Assembly: GCA_963720755.1 (NCBI GenBank)
Contig: CAVRGP010000011.1
Location: forward strand, 192,001 to 256,000
Length of the DNA stretch: 64,000 nt
Reading direction: 5' to 3'
Origin: an uncultured Chloroflexia bacterium
GTDB lineage: Bacteria > Chloroflexota > Limnocylindria > Limnocylindrales > CSP1-4
A program made the translations under genes and the position numbers. Shown here one piece after another: positions 39,357 to 48,685 of this stretch (positions are counted from its first letter, which is position 1; the number at the start of each line of letters is the position of its first letter). The notes under the pieces are model-generated. The model did no database searches and was not told the origin of the DNA. It worked only from the letters and a program-made list of their open reading frames with translations.

Positions 39357-39896
39357 TCACGGGACGGTGAGCCCCCAGTAGTAGGCGGCCGAGCCGAGGT
39401 CGTCGGTGAATCGGACGGCCACCTGGACGGACCAGGAGCCGGACTCGGGGGCCGGGAACGAGACGACGTCCGTGCCGCTCCCGAGTCCGATGGCCCCGGT
39501 TCCATCCGAGGTTCCCGCCACGACTCGGCTGACCGTCCACGTGTCGACCGTCACACCCGCGCCGATGGTCACGGTCATCGGTTCGCCGACCGCCGCCTTG
39601 ATCGGGGTCCCGGGCAGCCAGGGGCTGTCCGAGCCGCCGCCCTGCCAGGTGTACGAGCCCAGCTGGCCGACCACCGGATCACCACCCTCGACCGCCAGCG
39701 ACGCTTCGGGCGGGACGCCAGGGACCGAGACCGACGGCGGGGGAGCCGTCGGCCGGCCGGTCGATGTCGGGGAAGCCGCCAGGTTCACGGCAGGCGTCGC
39801 CGCCGCCGGCGTTGCCGGCTGCCCGGCACAGGCACCCCCCGACAGGGCAAGCACGAGGATCGCCGGCCACGCGCGACGAACGAACGGGATGTGCAC
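39357..39896 (-). CDS. Hypothetical lipoprotein (Pro/Ala linker plus beta-sandwich-like domain)
   Basis: Signal with SGGAC, P/T/A-rich linker, GSYTW...DSPW, WSVQV, YYWGL. SD GAGGAG before GTG. Confidence 0.65.
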   Translation of the reverse strand: MHIPFVRRAWPAILVLALSGGACAGQPATPAAATPAVNLAASPTSTGRPTAPPPSVSVPGVPPEASLAVEGGDPVVGQLGSYTWQGGGSDSPWLPGTPIKAAVGEPMTVTIGAGVTVDTWTVSRVVAGTSDGTGAIGLGSGTDVVSFPAPESGSWSVQVAVRFTDDLGSAAYYWGLTVP

Positions 39897-39913
39897 GGGT
39901 AGGACTCCTCAGC

Positions 39914-40984
39914 TCAGATGCAGACGACATCGATGCCGCCAGTCGGGGCAAGCGCCCGACAGGCGTTCACGGAGACCCGGATCACGGGTGACGTGGATCC
40001 GGTCAGGCCCTCGCTGGCGGGCGTCTTGAACGTGACCCGATATTCCATGTCCGAGTTCAGCTTCTGGGTCGCGGTGTACGTCCCCGCGGCCGTCCCGGCG
40101 ACCATCGCGCCGACCGTCGTCCACGCCCCGGTCCCCGGGGTCCGGCGCTGCAGGATGACGGTTCGCCCGCTGACCGGGTTACCTCCCAGGCGACCGTAGC
40201 CATCGAGGTCCACGACCCGGAGGGTCCCGGTGATGGTCGCCGATCCGCCCATCAGAACGACGGTCGGTGACGCGGCGACGGACAGGACGGTCGACAGCGC
40301 CTGGCACGTCGAGTAGGCGGCCGTCCAGCTCACCATGTCGTATTGCCGCTGCAGCGTCGCCACGTCGCAGGCACCGAATCGATGGGCGTTCCAGCCGGCG
40401 GACGGCTTCGTCCGGGAGAAGGTCTGCACCACCGCATCCTCGTAGTCCGAGCCAGAGGCGAAGTTGACGTGGTGGTCGAGGCCCTCCACGTGTCCGAATT
40501 CATCGAGCGCGATCGTCTCGACGTCGTAGCAGCCGTTCGGCGCGGTCGCAGACGCCTGGCACCAGCGAAGCGTCCCCCAATCGAAGACGTGACCCTGTTC
40601 GCGCAGCCACATGGTGAACCCGCCGGGGGCGCTTCGCGTGAAACAGGCGAGACCGTTGACCCCGCAAGTCGCGCCGGCCCCGTACCCGATCGGATTGGAT
40701 CCCGCTGAGTCGTAGGTGAAGGTCGCGGCCCTGGAGCCTCGCGTGGCGTTGACGTCGGCCGCCGCGGCCTTGATCGCCGTCTTGATCGCGCCGGTCGGTT
40801 CCGAACCGCTCCGCCAGGAGAACCGGAGATCCTGGTACTGACCGAACGACGCACCGCCGAGGTTCGGGTCGGGTCCGTGGGCGCTCGCCGAGCCTGTCAT
40901 GAGCGCGACGATCATGGCTATCGTCGCGATGCGGATGGACGACCGGGCGCGATGACCGGGCCGTCCGGATCGGGCGGTTCTCAT
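39914..40984 (-). CDS. Secreted zincin-like protein with DEFGHVEGLDH motif and C-terminal Ig-like domain
   Basis: Signal peptide (ASA/H), metzincin-like motif with Asp in place of the first His, eight Cys, C-terminal beta-rich domain. Confidence 0.7.
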   Translation of the reverse strand: MRTARSGRPGHRARSSIRIATIAMIVALMTGSASAHGPDPNLGGASFGQYQDLRFSWRSGSEPTGAIKTAIKAAAADVNATRGSRAATFTYDSAGSNPIGYGAGATCGVNGLACFTRSAPGGFTMWLREQGHVFDWGTLRWCQASATAPNGCYDVETIALDEFGHVEGLDHHVNFASGSDYEDAVVQTFSRTKPSAGWNAHRFGACDVATLQRQYDMVSWTAAYSTCQALSTVLSVAASPTVVLMGGSATITGTLRVVDLDGYGRLGGNPVSGRTVILQRRTPGTGAWTTVGAMVAGTAAGTYTATQKLNSDMEYRVTFKTPASEGLTGSTSPVIRVSVNACRALAPTGGIDVVCI

Positions 40985-42018
40985 CGCTGCACCTCTTCGA
41001 GTGGAGCCCCGATACCGGGACCTTCGGGCAGCGGGCCGAGATCGTGCGTCTGGCCGCCGGACAGGTCGACCGAGCGGAGCCTGCGCCCGGCGGCCGACTC
41101 CAGCGCGTAAACGAGATGTCGGTCATCGGCCGGGCCGCTCAGGATCGCGCTGCCGGCCGCGGTGGCCAGGATCGCTCGACCACCCGACCGGATGTCCGTG
41201 GCGATGATCGGACAGGGCAGGCCGCGACAAGCGGCATACGTCACGATCCGCTCCCGATCGAGTCCGACGAGGGGGCCGAGATCGGGCCGGTCGACCATCG
41301 CGACGGTCCCGTTCCCCGGGGACAGGATCCGAGTGCGGCAGGCGGATTCACCGCACGACTGGATGGCGAGGCGATCACCCGAGGCGTCCCACATGAATTC
41401 TGTCGACCATGTCCGGCCGAAGCGTTCATCCGGTTCCACCGGGTCGAGGATGCGCCGTGCCGGACCGGACCGGCCGATCGGACGGAACCAGATCCCGAGG
41501 TCCTCCCGCGACGCGCGATCCACCAGCATCTCGATGACCCCGGACCGGGACCGATCGAGCGTGGCGCGTCGGACGACCGCCGTCGAGCCGTCGATGGACC
41601 AGCGGCAGGCCATGTCGACGTCCACGAGGTCGATCGTCGAGGTGGAGCCGTCGTCCGTGCCGATGAGGACGGTCGAGCCGAACGGACCCGCGGCGAACAA
41701 TTCGGCCGGCAGCTCGATGGTCTGGATCGTCGACGAGGTGACGGATCGAAGGTCGAGGCGCTGACCGCGGAGCGAGCCGCCCTCGTCGAGGACCGGCTCG
41801 AGTCGGAACCACGGGCCGATGCCAGGCGGGGCGGGGCGAGGATCTGTCGCTTCTGCCGCGATCTCGGATACGGGCGGGGTCCCGGCGCACGGCGCGGCCG
41901 CCCACGTTCGTGTGGCCGCGGCGCCGGCGGTCGTCGCAGCGACAATTCCGAAGCCGCCGAGGGCGATCAGGCCAGGCCCGATCCATCGCAACCATCGAAT
42001 CTCCACCATCTGGGACAA
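40981..42018 (-). CDS. Secreted or membrane-anchored hypothetical protein
   Basis: N-terminal hydrophobic segment, SCGESAC and ACRGLPC cysteine pairs. SD GGAGGAGG. Stop overlaps the zincin ATG. Confidence 0.65.
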   Translation of the reverse strand: MSQMVEIRWLRWIGPGLIALGGFGIVAATTAGAAATRTWAAAPCAGTPPVSEIAAEATDPRPAPPGIGPWFRLEPVLDEGGSLRGQRLDLRSVTSSTIQTIELPAELFAAGPFGSTVLIGTDDGSTSTIDLVDVDMACRWSIDGSTAVVRRATLDRSRSGVIEMLVDRASREDLGIWFRPIGRSGPARRILDPVEPDERFGRTWSTEFMWDASGDRLAIQSCGESACRTRILSPGNGTVAMVDRPDLGPLVGLDRERIVTYAACRGLPCPIIATDIRSGGRAILATAAGSAILSGPADDRHLVYALESAAGRRLRSVDLSGGQTHDLGPLPEGPGIGAPLEEVQR

Positions 42019-42144
42019 CCTCCTCCGACGGGTGGGACTGGTGGCGGGAGGAGGGCGAGAACGTCATCTTGTCCGGCGCCACGTATCGCCCGCTTATCTG
42101 GCCGGTCCAGCTGGTCGAAGGCGGCGCTGTGCTAGGCTCGTCAT

Positions 42145-42300
42145 CGACAGTCTTGTCACGCCGCGTGGTCGCGAAGCCGGTGAGATCCCGGCACAGTCCC
42201 GCTACGGTGAGCGCTCCTTCCGGGAGAGCGCGAGTCCGGTCGCCGACCCCACGGTGCATGCTCGAACCTTCGAGAGAAAGGTAGGCAGGGACCGTGCACC
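42145..42300 (+). ncRNA. Cobalamin riboswitch
   Basis: GAAGCCGGTGAGATCCCGGCACAGTCCCGCTACGGTGA...GAGTCCGG resembles the B12-element core. -10 TAGGCT at 42133-38. Lies directly upstream of btuFCD-like genes. Confidence 0.85.
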
Positions 42301-42339
42301 GCACCGGTTAGACCTTCGTTCGGATCTGATCCGAGCCCG

Positions 42340-42369
42340 GGGTCGAGGAGTTCGTACCTCGACCCTTCT
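42340..42369 (+). terminator. Hairpin in the riboswitch expression platform
   Basis: GGGTCGAGG (42340-48) pairs with CCTCGACCC (42357-65), a 9-bp stem followed by TTCT (weak U tract). Confidence 0.5.
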
Positions 42370-42396
42370 GAGCCATCGTCCGTCGGAGGTCCGTCC

Positions 42397-43422
42397 GTGT
42401 CCCGTTCCAGGCCCGCGGCCGTCCTGGCCGCACTCGTCTTCGCCGTTGCCGCGTGTTCCGCGGCGGTGAGTCCATCGCCTCTCCCCAGCGCGCCGATCGC
42501 TGCGGCGAGCCCAACGGCGGTCGCGCCTCCCTCCGCGAGCCCAACCGCCATCGCCACGCCCGCGTTCCCGGCTGCCCTGACCGATGACGAGGGCACGGCT
42601 GTCGCGATCCCGTCCGAGCCGCAGCGGATCGTGTCGCTGACGCCCGCCTCCACGGAGATCCTGTTCGCGCTCGGAGCTGGCCCGCGGGTCGTCGCGACGA
42701 CCGACTTCGACGACTACCCCCCGGCTGCCCTGGGCCTCCCGCATGTCGCCAGCTACACGGCCGTCGACGTCGAGGCCATCGTTGGCCTCCAGGCGGACCT
42801 GGTGATCGCCGGCGGCAACTTCTTCAACCCGCCCGACGATGTCGCCCGGCTGCGGGACCTCGGCATCCCGGTCGTCGTCGTCTATGCCCCGGACGTGGCA
42901 GGCGTGCTGGCCGACATCCAGCTCATCGGCGCGGCCGTCGGTCTTTCTGGTGCCGCGACCGAGATGACGACGACGATGCAGGCCGGGTTCGATTCGGTCA
43001 CGGCAGCGACGGCCGGTCTTGACCGGCCACGGACGTTCTACGAGCTCGACACATCGACCGGGACCATCTACACGGTCGCCGACGATTCGTTCAGTGCGGA
43101 GATGGTCAGCCTGGCCGGCGGCGAGCCGATCACGACGGGCAGCGCGACCGATTACGCCATCCCGCTCGAAAACCTGATCGCGGCCGATCCACAGCTGATC
43201 CTGCTCGGTGACGCGGCGTACGGGGTGACCGTCGATCAGGTGGGGCAGCGCGCCGGGTGGGGCGTCATGACCGCGGTCAAGACCGGGGCGATCCGGCCCG
43301 TCGACGACCTCATCATCACGCGACCTGGACCTCGCCTGGTCGAGGGTCTGCGGTCGCTGGCCCTGGCCATCCATCCGGACATCGATCTGCCGCCGGCAAA
43401 GCCCATCCCGGCGACCCCATGA
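42397..43422 (+). CDS. btuF: Cobalamin ABC transporter substrate-binding lipoprotein
   Basis: Lipobox VAAC, PQRIVSLTPASTEILFALG, DYP, RPGPRLVEG. Downstream of the B12 riboswitch. Confidence 0.85.
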   Translation: MSRSRPAAVLAALVFAVAACSAAVSPSPLPSAPIAAASPTAVAPPSASPTAIATPAFPAALTDDEGTAVAIPSEPQRIVSLTPASTEILFALGAGPRVVATTDFDDYPPAALGLPHVASYTAVDVEAIVGLQADLVIAGGNFFNPPDDVARLRDLGIPVVVVYAPDVAGVLADIQLIGAAVGLSGAATEMTTTMQAGFDSVTAATAGLDRPRTFYELDTSTGTIYTVADDSFSAEMVSLAGGEPITTGSATDYAIPLENLIAADPQLILLGDAAYGVTVDQVGQRAGWGVMTAVKTGAIRPVDDLIITRPGPRLVEGLRSLALAIHPDIDLPPAKPIPATP

Positions 43423-43431
43423 CATGACGAC

Positions 43432-44514
43432 GTGACGACGCGCGATGAGACCATCGCCATGACCGTGAGCCGGACCCATCGAGTGAGCGGGTTGCGGGAT
43501 CGTCCGCTTCTCCTGCTCGGGCTTGGGCTTCTGGCGCTCGTCGTCGCCCTGATCCTGGGCGTCGGCGTCGGCACGGTCGGCATCGCGCCCGGCGACACGG
43601 TCGCGATCCTGGCCCATCGATTCCTCGGCCTGGACCTGTCGCGGACATGGTCGGATGCGAGCGAGACGATCGTGATCGAGCTCCGCCTGCCCCGGATCCT
43701 GACCGCGATGCTCGTCGGCAGCGGGCTGGCGGTCGCCGGGGCGACGTTCCAGGGGCTCCTGCGCAACCCCTTGGCCGACCCGTATGTCCTCGGGACCGCT
43801 TCGGGCGCAGCTCTCGGTGCGGCCATCGCCGTCCTCATCCCGGTGCGCTTCGTGTTCCTCGAGTTCGGCCTCATCCAGGGCTTCGCGTTCATCGGCGCGC
43901 TCGCGGCGATCTACGCCGTGTACAAGCTGTCGAGGATCGGCGGCCTCTCCCCGATGACCAGCCTGCTGTTGACCGGCTATGCCGTCGGATCGCTCCTGGC
44001 AGCCGGGCTGGCGATGGCGATGTACCTATCGGGGGCGGCGCTTCGCCAGATCTTCACCTATCTGCTCGGCAGTTTCGATGCAGCGACATGGCCCCGCTTC
44101 CTCGCCACGCTGCCGATCATCGTCGTCGCCAGCATCGCGATCATGCTCCGCGCGCGATCGCTGAATGCGCTGCTCCTTGGCGAGCAGACCGCCGCGCACC
44201 TCGGGATCGACGTGCCGCGCGAGCGGCGGATTCTGCTCGCCCTCGCCTCGCTGATCACGGCCGCGGCGGTCGCGATCAGCGGTCTCATCGGCTTCGTCGG
44301 GCTCGTGGTCCCGCACGTCGTGCGGCTGCTCGTCGGGCCGTCGGCCCGGCTCGTCCTGCCGCTGTCGGCGGTCGGTGGCGCGGCCCTGCTGGCCTACGCG
44401 GACATCGTGGCCAGGCTCGCCGGGGGGATCCCGGTGGGCGTCGTCACCGCGATCATCGGCGCCCCCTTCTTCCTGCTCATCCTCCGCCGAGCCCGAACCG
44501 GGTACGAGGTATGA
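43432..44514 (+). CDS. btuC: FecCD/BtuC-family permease
   Basis: LRLPRI, QGLLRNPLADPYVLG, LGEQTAAHLG, GLIGFVGLVVPH, PVGVVTAIIGAPFF. Start could be ATG 43459. Confidence 0.88.
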   Translation: MTTRDETIAMTVSRTHRVSGLRDRPLLLLGLGLLALVVALILGVGVGTVGIAPGDTVAILAHRFLGLDLSRTWSDASETIVIELRLPRILTAMLVGSGLAVAGATFQGLLRNPLADPYVLGTASGAALGAAIAVLIPVRFVFLEFGLIQGFAFIGALAAIYAVYKLSRIGGLSPMTSLLLTGYAVGSLLAAGLAMAMYLSGAALRQIFTYLLGSFDAATWPRFLATLPIIVVASIAIMLRARSLNALLLGEQTAAHLGIDVPRERRILLALASLITAAAVAISGLIGFVGLVVPHVVRLLVGPSARLVLPLSAVGGAALLAYADIVARLAGGIPVGVVTAIIGAPFFLLILRRARTGYEV

Positions 44515-45281
44515 GCGTCGTCGCCCTCGAACTGGACGCGGTGACCATCGCCTATCGGGAGCGTAGGGCGCTCATCGACGTCTCGGTGGCCATCCGGGCC
44601 GGCGAGCGGGTCGCCCTCATCGGCCCGAATGGTGCCGGCAAGTCCACCTTCCTTGCGGCGGCAACCGGCCTCCTCCGACCGATGGCCGGAGAGGTCCGGC
44701 TCGGTGGCGATCGCGTGGGTGACCTCGACCGGCTGGAGATCGCGCGGCGGCTGGCGGTCGTGCCGGGAGCCGCGAACCTGCCCTTCGCCACCCGCGTCGA
44801 GGATGTCGTGGCACTCGGCCGCCTGCCTCATGAGGACCCCTTCCGTGGACCCCGTCCGGCCGACCGCGTGGCGATCGCGGCCGCCATCGAACGGGTCGGG
44901 GTCGGCCACCTGCTGGGCCGTGACGCCCGCGAGTTGTCGCTCGGCGAGCGGCAGCTCGTGCTCCTGGCCCTGGCCGTGGCCCAGGCGGCGCCCGTGCTCA
45001 TCCTCGATGAACCGACGGTTCACCTGGACCTGCATCACCAGGTCGGGGCGATGGAACTGCTGGTGGATCTCAACGAGCGTGACGGGACGACCGTCGTCGC
45101 CGTGCTGCACGACCTTGCGCTGGCCGCCCACTTCTTTCCGCGGCTCATCCTGCTCGATGCCGGCCGCGTCGTCGCGGACGGGGCGCCTGCCGACGTGCTG
45201 GGGCCGGAACGCGTGCGCGACGTCTTTCGGGTGGATCCGTCCTTCGTTCGATTGCCCGTCGCGGCCGTCCCAGGACGGTGA
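44511..45281 (+). CDS. btuD: ABC transporter ATP-binding protein (BtuD/FecE-like)
   Basis: GPNGAGKST, LSLGERQ, LDEPTVHLD, VLHDL. ATGA overlap with the permease. Confidence 0.87.
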   Translation: MSVVALELDAVTIAYRERRALIDVSVAIRAGERVALIGPNGAGKSTFLAAATGLLRPMAGEVRLGGDRVGDLDRLEIARRLAVVPGAANLPFATRVEDVVALGRLPHEDPFRGPRPADRVAIAAAIERVGVGHLLGRDARELSLGERQLVLLALAVAQAAPVLILDEPTVHLDLHHQVGAMELLVDLNERDGTTVVAVLHDLALAAHFFPRLILLDAGRVVADGAPADVLGPERVRDVFRVDPSFVRLPVAAVPGR

Positions 45282-45348
45282 CCGGGCTCGGGGCGCGAAC
45301 GCGCCAGGTCGGGGAGCGCCCGGGCCGATCCCGAGCCGGGATACTCCG

Positions 45349-46158
45349 CTAGGCGGCGGGATCGTGGCGGCCCAGGTAGGGCAGGGGGCGAGTGGCGATG
45401 TCGGCGACATCCCCTTGGCCGATCGGCACGATACCGGCCCACTTGTGGGTCTCGCTTGCCAGCGTTTCGACGAAGAAGCCGTCCGTGCCGTCAAGAAGGT
45501 GCTGATAGTGGTTCGCCTGCCACCCGTCGGCCCGTCGGGTGACGGCGCGGGTATGCGCCTGGTCGGGGTTGCGGTAGTTGTACTGCTTCACCGCCAGCTC
45601 GGTGTGCCAAACGCGCATGCCGACCGGGATCACCCGCGAATGGCGAGGGATCTCGTAGTCGTATCGGCCGGTGTCGAAGAACAGCCGGTGTTCGGGGATG
45701 CCAGGCAGCATGTAGTGGCTGGCGCAGGCCTCGATCGAGGTCACGAACGGCACGTAGTCCCAGGTCGTGCGTTCCGAGACGTGCGGGAAGAAGTGATAGA
45801 GCAGCACCGAACAGGCGTCCGCATCGTCCGGGCGATCCAGCACGGTGACGCGCGGGTCGGCACTCCAGATCTCGTCGCCATGCAGCACGGCATACCAGCG
45901 GCCGATGCCGTGGGCACGTCGCGCCTCGTGGAGCAGGAAGCCGCGCGCGCCATCCCTGAGCGGGCGGGGAATGCGGGTTTCGGCATCGCGCCAATAGCCC
46001 GCCACCCGCGCGAACGAGCGGCAGATCGCCTCGGATCGGGGCTGCATCGGACCCTCGGTGCCATCCAGCACATAGATCTCGTCACAGAAGATGCTGTGGT
46101 TGCGCAGGGCCTCCTCCAGCATGTCGGTCTCGTCCTTGATCATCATCAAACCGATCAT
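45349..46158 (-). CDS. Glycosyltransferase family 2-like protein
   Basis: N-terminal MMIKDETDML..ALRNH..FCDEIYVLD and WYAVLHGDE (a DxD-like motif variant). Confidence 0.65.
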   Translation of the reverse strand: MIGLMMIKDETDMLEEALRNHSIFCDEIYVLDGTEGPMQPRSEAICRSFARVAGYWRDAETRIPRPLRDGARGFLLHEARRAHGIGRWYAVLHGDEIWSADPRVTVLDRPDDADACSVLLYHFFPHVSERTTWDYVPFVTSIEACASHYMLPGIPEHRLFFDTGRYDYEIPRHSRVIPVGMRVWHTELAVKQYNYRNPDQAHTRAVTRRADGWQANHYQHLLDGTDGFFVETLASETHKWAGIVPIGQGDVADIATRPLPYLGRHDPAA

Positions 46159-46308
46159 GGGTCACCGTTGGAGGCGTTGTCGGCGATGGTGAGCTGGCCA
46201 GCGCGCAACCGATAGCGTACGCCCTGGCAGGCCGGGCCCCGCGTTCGACCGCCTCGTCGTCGTCGCTGTCCCCGGACCGTGACCCGCCCGGTGGCGCATC
46301 ATGGGCGG

Positions 46309-47433
46309 ATGCGGATCGCCGACTTCGCCCTCGAACGCTATTTCGCTCGCTGGGAGTTCGCAGCCCGGCATCTCCTGTGCGCGTCCGATGTGGAAGGCTA
46401 TCCGATGGCCGAGTTGCTCGACCTGGCCGACGACGAGATGCGGGGTGCGTGGGATGGGTTGCGCCTCGGCTACACCGAATCGTCCGGCCACCCGTTGCTC
46501 CGCCAGGAGATCGCCGGGCTGTACGAACGCCTCGAACCCGATGACATCCTGACCTTCGCCGGTGCCGAGGAGGCCATCTTCTGCCTCCTGAACGTCCTGG
46601 TCGGGGAGGGCGACCACGTCGTCGTGACCTGGCCCGGGTACCAGAGCCTGTACGAAATCGCCAGGGCTGCCGGTGCCGAGGTGACCCTGCACGAATTGCA
46701 GGAGCAGGATGGTTGGGCCATCGACCTCGACCGGCTGCGCGACGAGGTGGGGCCGACGACCCGGTTGATCGTCGTGAATGCGCCGCACAACCCGACCGGC
46801 ATGCTGCCCGATCGCGCCACCTTCGATGGTCTCGTGGGGATCGCCGCCGAGGCCGGCGCCCATCTCCTGGTCGACGAGGTCTACCGTGGCCTCGAGTTCG
46901 ACGAAGGCGATCGATTGCCCACCGGGGCCGACGCCCTCGAAGCGGGTATCTCGTTGGGCGTGATGTCCAAGGCCTATGCGATGGCCGGGGTACGGATCGG
47001 CTGGCTGGCAACGCGTGATCGGGACCTGCTGGCAAAGGTCGCTGCGTTCAAGGACTACACGACGATCTGCTCATCGGCCCCATCCGAGATCCTGTCGATC
47101 ATCGCGTTGCGAGCGAGCGACCGGGTGCTGGATCGCTCACGCGGGATCATCGCTGCGAACCTCGATCGGCTCGACGGCTTCTTCGACGACTGGGCCGACC
47201 GCTTCCAGTGGGTCCGTCCGCATGCCGGCTCAGTGGGGTTCCCGCGCCTGACCGTGCCGGGCGTCCGGATCGATGACTGGGCCGCCGGCCTGGTCGAGGC
47301 CGAAGGCGTCCTGCTTCTTCCCGGATCGCAGTTCGACTTCCCCGGGAACCACTTTCGGATCGGGTTCGGCCGAACGGACCTGCCGGAGGCACTGGCCCGT
47401 CTCGACGCCTACGCGCGGGCGACCCTGCGCTGA
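46309..47433 (+). CDS. PLP-dependent aminotransferase class I/II
   Basis: LGYTESSG, NAPHNPTG, VDEVY, MSKAYAMAGVRIGW, FRIGFG. Confidence 0.9.
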   Translation: MRIADFALERYFARWEFAARHLLCASDVEGYPMAELLDLADDEMRGAWDGLRLGYTESSGHPLLRQEIAGLYERLEPDDILTFAGAEEAIFCLLNVLVGEGDHVVVTWPGYQSLYEIARAAGAEVTLHELQEQDGWAIDLDRLRDEVGPTTRLIVVNAPHNPTGMLPDRATFDGLVGIAAEAGAHLLVDEVYRGLEFDEGDRLPTGADALEAGISLGVMSKAYAMAGVRIGWLATRDRDLLAKVAAFKDYTTICSSAPSEILSIIALRASDRVLDRSRGIIAANLDRLDGFFDDWADRFQWVRPHAGSVGFPRLTVPGVRIDDWAAGLVEAEGVLLLPGSQFDFPGNHFRIGFGRTDLPEALARLDAYARATLR

Positions 47434-47463
47434 TCGATCGCGGAGTGGCGATCGGGCCTGCGC

Positions 47464-48654
47464 TCAGGCTCGCTTGCGGGGGAGGTCCAGGAAGGGCAGG
47501 CCGACCACGGTCGCCTCGACCCGGCCCCGGCGCCCTTCGACAGTCCACTCGACCGCCAGCTTCGTCCCGATCGGTTCGTACTGTGGCGGCACCGAGGCGA
47601 GCGCGATCGCCTGCTTGAGGATGGGGCTCCATCCGTGGCTCGTCGCTCGACCGACCTGCCGGCCACCACCGAAGACCGGGACCGGTTCGCGGTCGACGAC
47701 CGGGCTGATCGCCGGCGGCAGACCCTGGCTGTCGTAGAGCGCCTCGATGTCGTACCAATCCAGCTGCAGGCCCACCAGTCGGCGGGCCGGACCACCGGCC
47801 TTTGCTTCGCGCTCGAGCGCGAGGCGACCGACGAAATCGCCCTTGTCGAAACTGACCAGCCGTCCCAGGCCGATCTCCGCCGGCGAATAGTGCTGCTCCG
47901 GGTTCATCGCGTGTCGGGCAGAGGTGTAGTCGACCTCCAGGAGGATGAGCCCGGCCTCAAGGCGGACGACGTCGAGCGCGAGCATGCCGGCCGGTCGGAT
48001 GGCATATGCCGTCCCGGCGGCCATCAGCGCATCCCACACGGCCACCGCGTGTTCGGTCGGGATCCAGATCTCGTATCCGAGGTCCCCGGTGTAGCCGGTC
48101 CTCGACACATCGACGGCGACGCCGGCGATGATCGACGGCCGCCGGTGGAAATAGCGCAGGTCGGCGAACGACTCGCCGCTGGCGTCCTCCAGGACAGCGC
48201 GTGACAGAGGTCCCTGGAGCGCGAGCGCGGCGGTCGCCTCGGTCTCCTCGGCGATCGCAACGTCGAGGCCGGCGCTGTTCTGGCGCAACCAGCGCAGTTG
48301 GGGGTCTGCCGCGGTCCAGCGGAACCGGTGCTCGTCGAGGCGGTGGACCGTGCCGTCGTCGACGACCTTGCCGTGCTCGTCGCACCAGGGGGTGTACATG
48401 ACGCCGCCGACGGCCAGCTTCGTCGCATCCCGGGTGATCACCCGATCGACGAGCCGGAGGGCGTCCGGCCCTGACACGATGTACTTGTAGAGCGGAGAAA
48501 CGTCGATCAGCGCCGCCGCCTCACGGATGGCGTTGTATTCGATGTCGTGGGCGTCGGCGTACACGCTTGAGGCGAAATAGCCGGACCACTCGCGCCATTG
48601 CATCTTGCGGTTGAGGGGCGAGGTGCGCGAGTGGAATGGCGTGCCGACGCTCAC
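47464..48654 (-). CDS. GcvT-family (folate-binding) aminomethyltransferase-like protein
   Basis: EYNAIREAAALIDVS, DDGTV, LQGP, SRTGYTGDLGYEIW, RLEAGL, C-terminal PF. GTG 48654 after SD AGGAG. Confidence 0.9.
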   Translation of the reverse strand: MSVGTPFHSRTSPLNRKMQWREWSGYFASSVYADAHDIEYNAIREAAALIDVSPLYKYIVSGPDALRLVDRVITRDATKLAVGGVMYTPWCDEHGKVVDDGTVHRLDEHRFRWTAADPQLRWLRQNSAGLDVAIAEETEATAALALQGPLSRAVLEDASGESFADLRYFHRRPSIIAGVAVDVSRTGYTGDLGYEIWIPTEHAVAVWDALMAAGTAYAIRPAGMLALDVVRLEAGLILLEVDYTSARHAMNPEQHYSPAEIGLGRLVSFDKGDFVGRLALEREAKAGGPARRLVGLQLDWYDIEALYDSQGLPPAISPVVDREPVPVFGGGRQVGRATSHGWSPILKQAIALASVPPQYEPIGTKLAVEWTVEGRRGRVEATVVGLPFLDLPRKRA

Positions 48655-48685
48655 GGGTTGGAGCTCCTGCTGCGGTCGCCTCACA

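Noticed and set aside
45282-45339. GC-rich three-way-junction-like fold between btuD and the GT2 gene
   Set aside because: GGCTCGGG/CCCGAGCC and the inner stems are compatible with chance pairing or a terminator between convergent genes. No promoter or family signature supports an ncRNA.
47464-48654. Canonical glycine-cleavage gcvT
   Set aside because: No gcvH, gcvP or glycine riboswitch nearby, and the N-terminus is of the stand-alone aminomethyltransferase type.
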